A stretch of 64,000 nt of DNA from Bacteroidales bacterium (GCA_050295515.1 JBNKPU010000168.1:47899-111898), one strand, 5' to 3'; shown: positions 40,837 to 50,998, counted from the first letter of the stretch. Numbers and translations are program-made. The notes: generated from the letters alone by a model not told the origin.

Positions 40837-41568
40837 TTAGTTTGCCCGTTTAAAAACTCTTAAACGATCTACTTCAAACTCAAATTGTAATTCAGATGCA
40901 TTTCTAAGTTCTTCTGTTAGCATCCAGGGGCCACCGTCTTGCAAAAGATAAGCCTTATCTTCTTGAGTCATGCCCGGCGAGCAATTGTGAAAAATAACAT
41001 AGCCTTCCTTATTAAGCATGTTTATTGATGCCTCAAAATCGTCTTTGGTAGCCTTATAGGTATGATTGCCATCAATAAAAATAAGATCAAACTTTTCTTG
41101 ATTATTATCAAGTTCAGTTAAAACCTTTACAGAGTCACCTTTTATTAAACATAGCCTATCGGAGTTTAATGCTTCTCTTATTACTTCGACTTTATAATTT
41201 TGCCATAAATGAGTATTTGATTCCTCTGGTTTAAAATCTTCGAACAAGTCGACTCCTGTAAAATTGGTCTTTTGGGTTTTTTCTAATAAAAATTTAATTG
41301 TGCCTCCGGCATAAATTCCAACCTCAAGATACTTTACCATACTATTACTTTTCTCGAGCAATAGTAAATATGCTAATAACGACCATTTTTCTCTTTCGGT
41401 TAAATCACTCACATAATTTGCTTGTAAGTATGCAGCGGTAAATTTCTTTTTCTGATAATTCTTCTGAATCTTAAGGATAATAAAATACGGCGTGATATTT
41501 TTTATAAACTTCCGAAGTTTACTCCCATTCATAGTTGCCAGGCCATAGGGCAGAATCTGTTTTATCAT
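40837..41568 (-). CDS. class I SAM-dependent methyltransferase (Methyltransf_24-like)
   Basis: YLEVGIYAGGT (motif I-like) and FDLIFIDGNHTY are typical of this O-methyltransferase group. Confidence 0.7.
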   Translation of the reverse strand: MIKQILPYGLATMNGSKLRKFIKNITPYFIILKIQKNYQKKKFTAAYLQANYVSDLTEREKWSLLAYLLLLEKSNSMVKYLEVGIYAGGTIKFLLEKTQKTNFTGVDLFEDFKPEESNTHLWQNYKVEVIREALNSDRLCLIKGDSVKVLTELDNNQEKFDLIFIDGNHTYKATKDDFEASINMLNKEGYVIFHNCSPGMTQEDKAYLLQDGGPWMLTEELRNASELQFEFEVDRLRVFKRAN

Positions 41569-41608
41569 AATATAGGTTATTTTCTTAATCTACTTTAAAT
41601 ACTATTTA

Positions 41609-42691
41609 TCAAATAATATCCTTCGAAATTTCGTTAAGCATTTTCTTAACAACAATAGGCCACAAGTATCTATTCATTATAAATTCTTGCCCTTGCTCGC
41701 CCATAGTTTTCAATTTATATATATTGTTAAATGCCTCTAGAATGGTTTCGGCAATCCTTTCTTCATCCGGCTCTACTATAAAGCCATATTTACCATAACC
41801 GGCAAATTCAGGAAAAGCACAGCGATTTAAGCCAAGTATTGGGGTTTTACAAGCAAGTGCTTCCGGATAAACCATACCATTAGGCTCGAACAATGCTGGC
41901 ATAGCATACAAGGATGCATCTTTAAAAAGCTCAATAGTTTTTTCTCGAGGATATCCCTCGTAATAGGTTACACCTTTCTGTTTTGTATAAGTTGTGCCAA
42001 CTACCGAAAGTTTGAGGGTGTTATTCTTTTTGTATGCAATTTTAAATGCTTTTAGTAAAAGGTCAAGCCCCTTATTGTGCTCTAACCCTCGGCGAAGAAC
42101 AATAAGTATGTGCCCATTCGAATAATTCTTATGGCCATTAAATGGCTTTAGATTTGCCCCAAAACCGACATTGTATATTTTATCTTCCTGAATACCAAAA
42201 TCATGTACAAGGCTCTGCTTAGTCCATTCATTAAAAGTAAATAAGCTTTTAAATTTATCGGTATATAATCGCGTTCCCTTAATGTGTGACTTTATGAAAC
42301 TTTTCGAATACGAGGCTTTATTGTACTTAATGCCACCAAATATGGTAGCATCGCTATAGTTATATTGTGGTATGTAATTCGGTAGACTTTTCGGATAGCA
42401 TAATCCACTTATATGCATTATATAATCGGGGTTTATAGTAAGCCTTTTATAGTTGGCAGCAAAATTACGCTCAATAAAAAACCTTTCGAACCAATCGCGA
42501 TGACTAACATTTCCATATTGCAATTTGGTAATATTCTTATGCAAACCCTTAATTATTTTATTTTTAATAGAATAGTCGATAAATGCATGAATATCGCTTT
42601 GCTTTTGAAACTCATCAACAATTGCTTGTGTTGTTTTACCCCACGATGGGCTAACTGCTGTGTCTATTACTCCACATAAAATACCTTGCAT
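41609..42691 (-). CDS. glycosyltransferase family 4
   Basis: The EPNGMVYPEALACKTPILG motif is present in a GT-B C-terminal domain. Confidence 0.75.
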   Translation of the reverse strand: MQGILCGVIDTAVSPSWGKTTQAIVDEFQKQSDIHAFIDYSIKNKIIKGLHKNITKLQYGNVSHRDWFERFFIERNFAANYKRLTINPDYIMHISGLCYPKSLPNYIPQYNYSDATIFGGIKYNKASYSKSFIKSHIKGTRLYTDKFKSLFTFNEWTKQSLVHDFGIQEDKIYNVGFGANLKPFNGHKNYSNGHILIVLRRGLEHNKGLDLLLKAFKIAYKKNNTLKLSVVGTTYTKQKGVTYYEGYPREKTIELFKDASLYAMPALFEPNGMVYPEALACKTPILGLNRCAFPEFAGYGKYGFIVEPDEERIAETILEAFNNIYKLKTMGEQGQEFIMNRYLWPIVVKKMLNEISKDII

Positions 42692-42703
42692 AATATTCTT
42701 ACC

Positions 42704-43477
42704 TTAATACTCAGAAAACTTAATGAAAATATCGCCCATTATATCATCTTTTGGGCTATCCTTTATTAAGGTTATAATATCAGGATAATCTACATAGCTA
42801 TTAAAATGAAATTTGCCTTCGACACCTAAAAGAACATTTACTGAGAACTTTCCCAGCTTTTCTAAATGCTTAAAAATTTGGGTGGTTTCGGGCAAAAACT
42901 CTTTAGTAAATTCGAACGAAATATGATTGACAGGTTTATTTAAACCTCGTAACACATTTAACTCGAAACCCTCGACATCTATTTTAATGTATTTTGGGTG
43001 TCCATACTTTGCTAGAATATTATCAAGTGTTGATACTTTAACTGTTTCTGTTTTATTCCACTCGGCTGTATCAGAAAACCGTCCTTCATTTTTCCATTTA
43101 TCAGACATGGTGGATATCGTGTTTGCATAATCACAAATACTTAATTCCATTTCACCTTCGCAATCCGATACGCCCAAATTTAAAATTGTAACAGCCTTAT
43201 CTGCTTTATATTTTTTATTCAGGATTTTAATGCATTTCGATTGTGGCTCAATGGCTATTACACGAGCTCCTAATGTACGAAACACATTTGTTTTATCGCC
43301 AATATTTGCACCCACATCGATACATAAATCGTTCTCGTTAATAATTTGCTTGTAAAAAGCAATATCATTTAAGTGATTTTGCTTTTCAGCAGCTTTATTT
43401 TGCATGCTTTTTTCCAGGTTCTTTAACCAGGTATAAACCCCTGTTCTTATTAATATCTTCTTTAGCTTTGCATTCAT
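42704..43477 (-). CDS. FkbM-family methyltransferase
   Basis: CIDVGANIGD and IKIDVEGFELNVLRG are hallmark FkbM motifs. Confidence 0.8.
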   Translation of the reverse strand: MNAKLKKILIRTGVYTWLKNLEKSMQNKAAEKQNHLNDIAFYKQIINENDLCIDVGANIGDKTNVFRTLGARVIAIEPQSKCIKILNKKYKADKAVTILNLGVSDCEGEMELSICDYANTISTMSDKWKNEGRFSDTAEWNKTETVKVSTLDNILAKYGHPKYIKIDVEGFELNVLRGLNKPVNHISFEFTKEFLPETTQIFKHLEKLGKFSVNVLLGVEGKFHFNSYVDYPDIITLIKDSPKDDIMGDIFIKFSEY

Positions 43478-43505
43478 TTAATAAAGATTATTTAAAACAA
43501 TCTGG

Positions 43506-44231
43506 TTATATATTCTTGTTAATATTATAAGCCTTTAAAATACTACGCACCTCTTGTAAATGAGCCGAATTATTTGAAGCCCCGCTTAAGTTATTGGCAT
43601 GCAATTTGAACACACCAGCTATTTTATTGCACTTGTAAAAATTCAATTGTTTATTGGCTCGTAAGCACCATTCAAAATCGCCAACAATTTTATATTGCTC
43701 GTCGAAAAGACCTACTTTTTTTATTGCGCTTTGCTTTAGCATAAAAAACGGACCACAAAACATTCCTTCACTAAAAAGTACTTTATTGTAGTCGGGTACT
43801 TTGCCAATCGAAAATCTAAATACTTTTAGATTAAAGACCCTCCTTAACCGCACCCAACCCATAATTAAGTATGGAAAATAAATAACTTCCCAGTCTTTAT
43901 CGATTGCATCAATGGCATGCTTAAATAAGCTTGCAAATCTTATATCATCAACATTCCAAAAACCTATCAACTTTCCGGAAGCTAATTCCAAACCTCTGTT
44001 CCACGAAGCATATAAACTTTCTCGCGGAACCGATATAACTTTAACATGCTTGTTTTTAGACAATAGAGCTAACAAATCATTTTCAAAAGCAGTTGGTTCG
44101 TTTGCAACAATAATTACTTCGCAAAAAAAACCCAGATTTTGCTGTTTATTGAACAACCTCTGGATATTTCTAATGTATGTCGGAAGAAATTTCTCGCTTC
44201 TGTATAAAGAAGTAATTATTGAGATATCCAT
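43506..44231 (-). CDS. glycosyltransferase family 2
   Basis: ISIITSLYRSEKFLPTYIRNI and NVDD (DxD-like) are present, and the size is typical of GT-A. Confidence 0.7.
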   Translation of the reverse strand: MDISIITSLYRSEKFLPTYIRNIQRLFNKQQNLGFFCEVIIVANEPTAFENDLLALLSKNKHVKVISVPRESLYASWNRGLELASGKLIGFWNVDDIRFASLFKHAIDAIDKDWEVIYFPYLIMGWVRLRRVFNLKVFRFSIGKVPDYNKVLFSEGMFCGPFFMLKQSAIKKVGLFDEQYKIVGDFEWCLRANKQLNFYKCNKIAGVFKLHANNLSGASNNSAHLQEVRSILKAYNINKNI

Positions 44232-44248
44232 TTATTAATAAAAATGAT

Positions 44249-45166
44249 TTATTGGTTTAATGCCTTCCTAGATATTACTACCATGTGATCAAAAGCATTT
44301 ATTATACGATACGGTTTTTTTGGTTTTGCTACAAAAATAATTAGGGCCTTAAAAATATTCCTAATAAATATTTTTAAATTATCTGAAAACGACCCCATGT
44401 AAGACTTTCTATACGATGCAACCTCTTCAAAATTATTAATGTTTAAGAAATTTTTAATGCTGCTTAAAGAAAAGAAAGAGATATGTAAATAAGTACAAAA
44501 ATAGTTCCACCTCGACCGGCCAATTAGGGCATTTAAACTAGTTATGTTTCCGGTACCCAACACCAACAAACCATCATCTTTTAAATAATAATTTACGAGT
44601 TCCATCATCTCATTGGGTGCTACTAGATGCTCAAGAACATCAAACATTAAAATAACATCAAATTGCTCACCTTTAAATGTGTCTTTACTAAGATAAGTGT
44701 TTAGCAAATTTAGATTTAAATGATTCTTCCCAAATTCAACAGCCTCTTGCGAAGGATCGATACCTATGCATTGCCAATTATTCGGATTAAATGTTTGCAA
44801 TAAGAAGCCATATCCTGAACCAATCTCAAGCACTTTGCCCGATTTTTTAATTCTTTCGATTTTCCTCACAACAAATTCGTTGTCGGCTTGTCTATTATTA
44901 ACTGGTATAGTATCCTGAGGGTAATATTCTTTATTTAAACTAGAATAGTATTTGTCCAATAAATTGGGGTGTATTATGGGCGAACTAAATCTGTGTCCGC
45001 AATTATCACATTTATACAAAGCTATTTGAGGCTTTTCCTGAATACCCAACCCTTTTAGAACATCTTCACTTGTATATTCAAAATCAAATTGCCAATTAAT
45101 TTTGATGTTTGAACAGACTGGACAACTATCAATACTTAAATAACCTTTACCAATTTCTACCTCCAT
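44249..45166 (-). CDS. class I SAM-dependent methyltransferase with N-terminal Cys4 zinc ribbon
   Basis: CPVC...CDNCGH ribbon, then VLEIGSGYGFLL (motif I) and ILMFDVLEHL. Confidence 0.75.
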   Translation of the reverse strand: MEVEIGKGYLSIDSCPVCSNIKINWQFDFEYTSEDVLKGLGIQEKPQIALYKCDNCGHRFSSPIIHPNLLDKYYSSLNKEYYPQDTIPVNNRQADNEFVVRKIERIKKSGKVLEIGSGYGFLLQTFNPNNWQCIGIDPSQEAVEFGKNHLNLNLLNTYLSKDTFKGEQFDVILMFDVLEHLVAPNEMMELVNYYLKDDGLLVLGTGNITSLNALIGRSRWNYFCTYLHISFFSLSSIKNFLNINNFEEVASYRKSYMGSFSDNLKIFIRNIFKALIIFVAKPKKPYRIINAFDHMVVISRKALNQ

Positions 45167-45235
45167 AATAAGGAACTTACTTTATATATAGCCATATACC
45201 TAATGTTTAAAAATTAGACCTAGAATTACCCATTG

Positions 45236-46036
45236 TTAACCTCTGAAATGATTTAGACTGTAATTATAAATCAAATAATCCAAACTGTTTTTTTTCTTAA
45301 AAAGTTGAATGTCTTTCTCTGTTAAAACAGCTGCATTATTCTTTTCTCGCTTTGTTTTATTAATATGGGGTATGGCAACCTTTTTCTTTCCTAACTTATT
45401 AGCCAATATATCCAACGAGTCTTGAGCCTGCTCTAGTATTCCAACAAAATAATAATTGTCAATACATTCTTTATAATTATCATATGTACATCCCAGCTGA
45501 TTGCTAATATAATTTACATTATTGCATAAATAGGCATTAATTAGCGGATCTGCTGATAGTTGAATGTTTGAAGTAGGCTCTAAGAAAACAAACTGTTTTA
45601 ATGTTAAAATACTAGAATCTATTTGCTTTGTACGCACAGCATAATAGTATTTCGAGATAATGGTTTCGAGCGGATCGCGTAAAAAAGTAATTAGCCGATA
45701 GTTTGGATTGTTATAAATCTTTGGGTACACCTGCCATAAATGATATCCTTGTAGGTGGTAATGTCCTTTTAAACAACAAAAAGACCTAAGTGATTTAAAC
45801 TTAATAAAAGGTAAAGTGTAAACATAACGAGGCAACCCGATATCGGCAATTATTAAAAACCACTTACTTAATACCAAGCCAATGGATTCTCCACCACATT
45901 TAGGAATATGGTGAAATATGGTAATCGGATATTTCGAATAAAATGGAAATTTCAGGATAAATTTAAAATTAACCAGATAATGAATTAAGTAAGACTTAAT
46001 CATTTTATATACTAGTTTTATTTTATTTGCGTTCAT
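45236..46036 (-). CDS. sulfotransferase family protein
   Basis: HHIPKCGGES matches the PAPS 5-prime-phosphosulfate binding loop (HIPKTGGTS-type). TFLRDPLETIISKYYY matches the 3-prime-phosphate binding region. Confidence 0.75.
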   Translation of the reverse strand: MNANKIKLVYKMIKSYLIHYLVNFKFILKFPFYSKYPITIFHHIPKCGGESIGLVLSKWFLIIADIGLPRYVYTLPFIKFKSLRSFCCLKGHYHLQGYHLWQVYPKIYNNPNYRLITFLRDPLETIISKYYYAVRTKQIDSSILTLKQFVFLEPTSNIQLSADPLINAYLCNNVNYISNQLGCTYDNYKECIDNYYFVGILEQAQDSLDILANKLGKKKVAIPHINKTKREKNNAAVLTEKDIQLFKKKNSLDYLIYNYSLNHFRG

Positions 46037-46080
46037 ATGTATTGCTTATATCCAGAACTTACTCCTAATAAAGTAGGGCG

Positions 46081-47445
46081 TTATTGCCCCCAAATACCAA
46101 AGGCTCGCTTATTAATAATCTTATTATATTGCGTATATAGTATTAGTCCGATAAACAAAAACAAAATGCTTTGCGTAAGTACAATACCGGTTATGCCAAT
46201 AATTTTAGTTAAGTAAATAGCTAATGGAATATTTACCAAGGCAGCAGTTGCAACACAAATTAATTGAAGTTTTATTTTACTAACTCCATTTAAAAAATTT
46301 ATAAAAATAGTTTGCCAGGTAAACAGACTAAAATAAATAGCTATAATAACCGAAAGGCTAAAATCAATAACAATTTTATCGCCAACCCATAGTTTAATTA
46401 TAGTTTTGCTAAATAATAACATTGTTATAATTGCAACATTAGAAAGCAGCCATATTTTTTGTAATTTTTTAATTACACTTCTAATCCAGCTATAATCTCC
46501 TTTAACCCAAGCCTCTGTTGTTGCAGACCAGAAAGGAGCAATAATAATTCCAAACATCATGTTTACAACATTAAAATATCGGAATGTAACATGATAAGGT
46601 GTAACCTCTTCGGGACCTAATAAATGCGAAATAATAAAATTATTTGTATTAAAAAGAACCACGGTGCTAATTGATATAATAAAAAATTTGAGTCCTAAAT
46701 TAAGAAGCGAATTAGTGTACTTAAAATCTATAAACCTAAAACTTGGAGTATAATTATGATATCTTTTGCGGAATAAAACAAAAGTAAAAATTGTACTAGT
46801 TAATACGGGTCCAGCACTATAGCAAAAACTAAGTAAAAAAAGAGAGTCATTCGAAAACTGCATCACTACAATAATGGACACAAAACCGGTTACACTGCCA
46901 ATGGTATTAATAAGGTAAGCATATGCAGGTTTTTGATCAGCATTTAATACAGTATTTATTGTTTTAATTATAAACTGATAACAGAATAATGTAAATACAG
47001 TATTAATAACAAGCCTAAGTTCCTGCTCAAGTTCTCTAGGCGCATTAAGCACTTCGCTCCAGCGAATAAAGCGAGATGAAACTAAAAAAAGTATAGCAAG
47101 CGATCCGAAAATAAAGAGTAACAAGGCATAGGTGGTGCTTACGAGTGTCTTTGCTTCTTGTTGTTTATTTTGAGCTAATGCTTGGGCAAATTTATTCCGA
47201 AAACCACTTGTTAGGCCAACATCAAAAAGTCCAAACCAAATAATAATTGAACTAATTGTAACCCATATTCCGTATTTTAATGAACTAACATATGATATCG
47301 CTAGAGGCACAAGAGTAAGGTTAATTCCAATATTAACAATCCTTATTAAAAATGAGCCAGCAATATTTTTTTTTGCCTTTATGCTTCTTTCATGTCCTGA
47401 TAAAATTTTTCTATTTACTAAAAGTAATAAGTTATTTATGCTCAT
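46081..47445 (-). CDS. wzx: Wzx-type polysaccharide flippase (MOP superfamily)
   Basis: 454 aa with about 12-14 TM helices. The position is typical, next to wzc and the glycosyltransferases. Confidence 0.8.
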   Translation of the reverse strand: MSINNLLLLVNRKILSGHERSIKAKKNIAGSFLIRIVNIGINLTLVPLAISYVSSLKYGIWVTISSIIIWFGLFDVGLTSGFRNKFAQALAQNKQQEAKTLVSTTYALLLFIFGSLAILFLVSSRFIRWSEVLNAPRELEQELRLVINTVFTLFCYQFIIKTINTVLNADQKPAYAYLINTIGSVTGFVSIIVVMQFSNDSLFLLSFCYSAGPVLTSTIFTFVLFRKRYHNYTPSFRFIDFKYTNSLLNLGLKFFIISISTVVLFNTNNFIISHLLGPEEVTPYHVTFRYFNVVNMMFGIIIAPFWSATTEAWVKGDYSWIRSVIKKLQKIWLLSNVAIITMLLFSKTIIKLWVGDKIVIDFSLSVIIAIYFSLFTWQTIFINFLNGVSKIKLQLICVATAALVNIPLAIYLTKIIGITGIVLTQSILFLFIGLILYTQYNKIINKRAFGIWGQ

Positions 47446-47484
47446 AAATACTAATTAGGCCTTACACAAGGCTTTGATAGAATG

Positions 47485-49869
47485 TTAAAACCATTTTTTC
47501 CTTTTTTCCCTTTTGTCAACACTATAATACTCCTCATAATATCCATATCCATAACCATAGCGATATGAATAACCATAATACCCTTTTACCTGTATATCGT
47601 TAACCACAATACCCGCATTATTAATTAATTTCTTCTCGTAAATGTTGTTTGCCAATTCAATAACCTGTTTATCGGAATAATTGTGTCGGATAACAAAAAT
47701 GAACGCATCCAGCACATCTTTAAGTGTAAGAGTATCTGTTACAATAGCTATGGGGGGCGTATCCAGAACAATATAGTCGTATTCTTTTTTTGTCTGTTCA
47801 ATAAAATCACTCATCCTCTTTGATCCTATTAGCTCTGCCGGATTAGGTGGTATAGGACCAGAAGTGGCAACAAAAAGATTATTGATATTTGTTTCGCTTA
47901 TTATTTCATCGATCTGGTTTTTCTCAATTAGGTATGTACTCATACCTGTCTTATTCTCCAGGTTAAAAACCTTATGTACCTTTGGCCTGCGTAAGTCCAA
48001 ACTAACCAATAGTGTTTTTTTACCTGCCAAAGCCAGTATACTTGCCAGGTTTACCGAAGTAAAGGTTTTCCCTTCGCCGCTTACAGCTGAAGAAACAGCA
48101 ATTACCTTAGCATCCGGATCTTTTAGAATATACTGCAGATTGGTTCTTAAAGCACGGAAAGACTCTGCCAGGGAAGAACGTGGATTTTCATTTACCGGCA
48201 GTTCAGAGCCTTCCTTGTTATGCCCTATATTACCAACAATGGGAGCTTTCAGGTTAGCTTCCAGGTATTTTCTGTCGGTAATCTTTGAATTGAAAAAATC
48301 GATTAATAAAAGTAAAACAAGAGGTATGGTACCTCCTGCTGCCATTGCCATCATGTAATTCATCGACGATTTTGGCTTTATTAAGGTAGCATTCTCGGGT
48401 CGGGCAATATCCAGTATTTTATGATCGGAAGTGTTGGAAGCTCTTGTAATACCGGCCTCGGCGCGTTTCTCCAACAAGAAGGTATAAATCTGGTCGTTAA
48501 TGGTAAATTCACGTTCAATATTAATCATTTGCCTTTCGGTACCCGGCAATTTCTGTACTTCGATTTCAATCTTACCAATTCGCTCGTTGAGTTCGGTAAT
48601 TGCTATTTTGTTGCCTTCCACCAGGCTTTTCAGGTTTTCCTTTAAGGCGTTTTTGGTGTTATTTACCTGGTTGTTTACAATATTTAGCTGAGGTGAAGCC
48701 TCGGCAACACTTAAACTCAAGTTGCGGCGCTGTAAGTTTAATTCGTTTAATTCGCCAATCAGCCTGTTCAATAGGGGATCGGCAATTCCCACAACCGAAG
48801 GTGCTACCACATCGCTAAAATCAGCCTTTTGTTCTATGTATTCCAATAAGTACGAATAATACCGTTCCTTAATATCCAGCGCAGCTCTTTCGCTTTGTAA
48901 ATCCTGCATTTTTTCATACAGGAATGAACCTTCCTTGCTAAGGTTAATTACCTTATTTGCCGAACGAAAACGCTGTAATCTCAAACCGGTCGATTCCAGC
49001 GAATCAACTACTCCTCTTAATTGATCATCGATAAACTGGATGGTGTTTTCTGAGGCCCTATTTTTTTCTTCAAGGTTTGTACGAATATAAACTTCTGAAA
49101 GCTTATTCAGGTAATCGGCAATTTGTTGGGGAACAAAACCCGAGAGGTTCATCAAAAGTATTGAACCTTTCTCGGCATTTACATCAACACTTAAACTATT
49201 GCTGTATTTCTTGGCCTGTGCATTTATACTGTTTATGGTAAAATAGTATTTGTTAGAACGCTGGTTATTAAAATCAAAATTTTCAGGATTCCTGAGGACT
49301 ATATTAAACTTATTTTGTCCGGCTTCAACCTTTTTGCCGAAAACATAGGTGCCAAGAATGTTTTCACCTGCTGAAAGTTGGTATTTTTGGTTTGAAAGGA
49401 TGGCAACATTAAAGGTGCCAGCATTTGTTCGTCCATCGGTAGTGTCTGGTATTACAACAAAAGGGCTTGCTGTATAAAGCTGGCTTTCGGCTATGTTTCT
49501 TCGCCCAATTGCAGTGTAGGTTATACCAAAGTCAAGTTCTTCCAATGCCAGGCGGGCCATCTTATATGATTTTAAGATACTTATCTCATTTTCTACTACT
49601 GCTTTTCTTTGTTTGTTGCGACCCCTTGAAAGTTCATCCATTATGCTTTCGACACTACCGGCACCCCTTTCGGGCTCTCCAACTATTAATGAGCTATTTA
49701 CGCTATATATCTCCTGCGAATAGCGATTTACTAAATAGGCAATGGTAATTGATATAAAAAGTGTAATAGCAAACCACCACCAATGGGATAGAATGAGGTA
49801 GATGTATTTTTTTATGTCGATACCTTCTTCTTGGGGTATCTGGAAATTATTTTGTTGTTGTGGATCCAT
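47485..49869 (-). CDS. wzc: polysaccharide co-polymerase / tyrosine autokinase (Wzc-like)
   Basis: N-terminal Wzz domain with two TM helices and a coiled-coil periplasmic region. Walker A SGEGKT, Walker A-prime LLVSLDLRRP and Walker B YIVLDTPP are present. The tail is Tyr-rich: GYYGYSYRYGYGYGYYEEYY. Confidence 0.9.
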   Translation of the reverse strand: MDPQQQNNFQIPQEEGIDIKKYIYLILSHWWWFAITLFISITIAYLVNRYSQEIYSVNSSLIVGEPERGAGSVESIMDELSRGRNKQRKAVVENEISILKSYKMARLALEELDFGITYTAIGRRNIAESQLYTASPFVVIPDTTDGRTNAGTFNVAILSNQKYQLSAGENILGTYVFGKKVEAGQNKFNIVLRNPENFDFNNQRSNKYYFTINSINAQAKKYSNSLSVDVNAEKGSILLMNLSGFVPQQIADYLNKLSEVYIRTNLEEKNRASENTIQFIDDQLRGVVDSLESTGLRLQRFRSANKVINLSKEGSFLYEKMQDLQSERAALDIKERYYSYLLEYIEQKADFSDVVAPSVVGIADPLLNRLIGELNELNLQRRNLSLSVAEASPQLNIVNNQVNNTKNALKENLKSLVEGNKIAITELNERIGKIEIEVQKLPGTERQMINIEREFTINDQIYTFLLEKRAEAGITRASNTSDHKILDIARPENATLIKPKSSMNYMMAMAAGGTIPLVLLLLIDFFNSKITDRKYLEANLKAPIVGNIGHNKEGSELPVNENPRSSLAESFRALRTNLQYILKDPDAKVIAVSSAVSGEGKTFTSVNLASILALAGKKTLLVSLDLRRPKVHKVFNLENKTGMSTYLIEKNQIDEIISETNINNLFVATSGPIPPNPAELIGSKRMSDFIEQTKKEYDYIVLDTPPIAIVTDTLTLKDVLDAFIFVIRHNYSDKQVIELANNIYEKKLINNAGIVVNDIQVKGYYGYSYRYGYGYGYYEEYYSVDKREKRKKWF

Positions 49870-49966
49870 ATTATGTTCAAGTGATTAAGTACTTATGATA
49901 TTGAGTGATTGTGTCAGATCACTGTTATCACTTTTGCAACAACTCTGCAATTCTATTAGCTACAAG

Positions 49967-50140
49967 GGTTAAACCCGTAATATGCATTAGAAAATCTATT
50001 ACATATTGAAACTGCTTCAATATAAGTCGTTTCACTTACTTGTTTCGATGCACCATAACGGTGCTATGATTTATCTCACCAAGTCCTTCTATTTTTGCAC
50101 TTTCAACCTTCATAACGAAGTTCTAATACATAATCAGGGC
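49967..50140 (-). repeat. mosaic MITE-like repeat, copy 2 (short form) inside the upxY-wzc gap
   Basis: Its reverse complement aligns end to end with 59679-59851 at roughly 90 percent identity by eye. The termini are cccgtaatatgcattag / ctaatacataatcaggg. Confidence 0.85.
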
Positions 50141-50461
50141 TAAATTTAAAATGAATTATTTAGATTGTTTACTGCTTGCCATCCAAAGTTTCAACTTAAG
50201 CTAATTAAATTGAAAAATTGTCAAAATGTTGTATTTTATGCTTTGATTTTCTGATTATAAAATTTTAATCAATACACCAGCTCTCACAGTCAAACTCCTA
50301 GTGTTTCCATAGCTTCGCCCGGTCAGTTACAGGATTAAAATCTGCAATAACTTGGCTATCAGTAGTATAATTAAAATGCCAAAAATTAATTCGTCTGCTT
50401 GGCATACAGAAATTTAGTTAAATAAGGAGATATGCCCTAACTAAACCTTAAATTTAATTGT

Positions 50462-50977
50462 TCACTGAATAATTCTGAGGTAGGTTGGCGGTATTTTTAC
50501 TAACAAATTCTGATTAATATGGTGTATACGCAACAGAAAATGCTTTTCCCTCGCACGAGAGACCAGTTCTCCAATCAAACCTTTTAAGGAGCCAAGTACA
50601 ACTTCAACTGTTTGTCCTTTTTTGAAAGCAGTTTCTGTCAATTCAATTTCAGCATTGCTGTCTATTAAAAGTTTAAGGTGGTTAATCTGCTTCTCGGGAA
50701 TACTAACAGCCCTTCCTTCGAATGTTACATACCGAACTACCCCATGTGTTTGTAGTACCAGGTAATATTCCCTTAATGAAATGTGTACAAAGACATAAGA
50801 AGTAAATAAGGGTACTTCAACCAGTTTCTTGCGGTCGCTCCATTGCCGCAAAGTTTTGTATAAAGGCAGGTAGGCATCCATACCTTCTTTTTGAAGACTA
50901 TTAAATACTTTCTTCTCCCAGCGTGGTTTGGTATATACCGCATACCATATTTTATTTTCATCCTGAGTGCCCGTCAT
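50462..50977 (-). CDS. UpxY-family transcription antiterminator (NusG paralog)
   Basis: WYAVYTKPRWEKKV NGN-domain start and KOW-like KGQTVEVVLGSLKGLIGELV. The start was moved from TTG 51001 to ATG 50977. Confidence 0.8.
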   Translation of the reverse strand: MTGTQDENKIWYAVYTKPRWEKKVFNSLQKEGMDAYLPLYKTLRQWSDRKKLVEVPLFTSYVFVHISLREYYLVLQTHGVVRYVTFEGRAVSIPEKQINHLKLLIDSNAEIELTETAFKKGQTVEVVLGSLKGLIGELVSRAREKHFLLRIHHINQNLLVKIPPTYLRIIQ

Positions 50978-50998
50978 AATAGTACTTTTGTGATAATA

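Noticed and set aside
47485-47560. Repetitive GYGYGY-coding DNA at the 3-prime end of wzc, considered as a possible DNA repeat element.
   Set aside because: This is the expected tyrosine-rich autophosphorylation tail of Wzc-type kinases, not an independent repeat.
47864-48358. 164 aa ORF antisense to wzc. Similar antisense ORFs occur inside groEL, gpmI (52705-53226), the VIT-vWA gene, the SLC13 gene and others.
   Set aside because: These are shadow ORFs within long, well-supported genes on the opposite strand. They have no recognisable motifs and biased, low-complexity composition.
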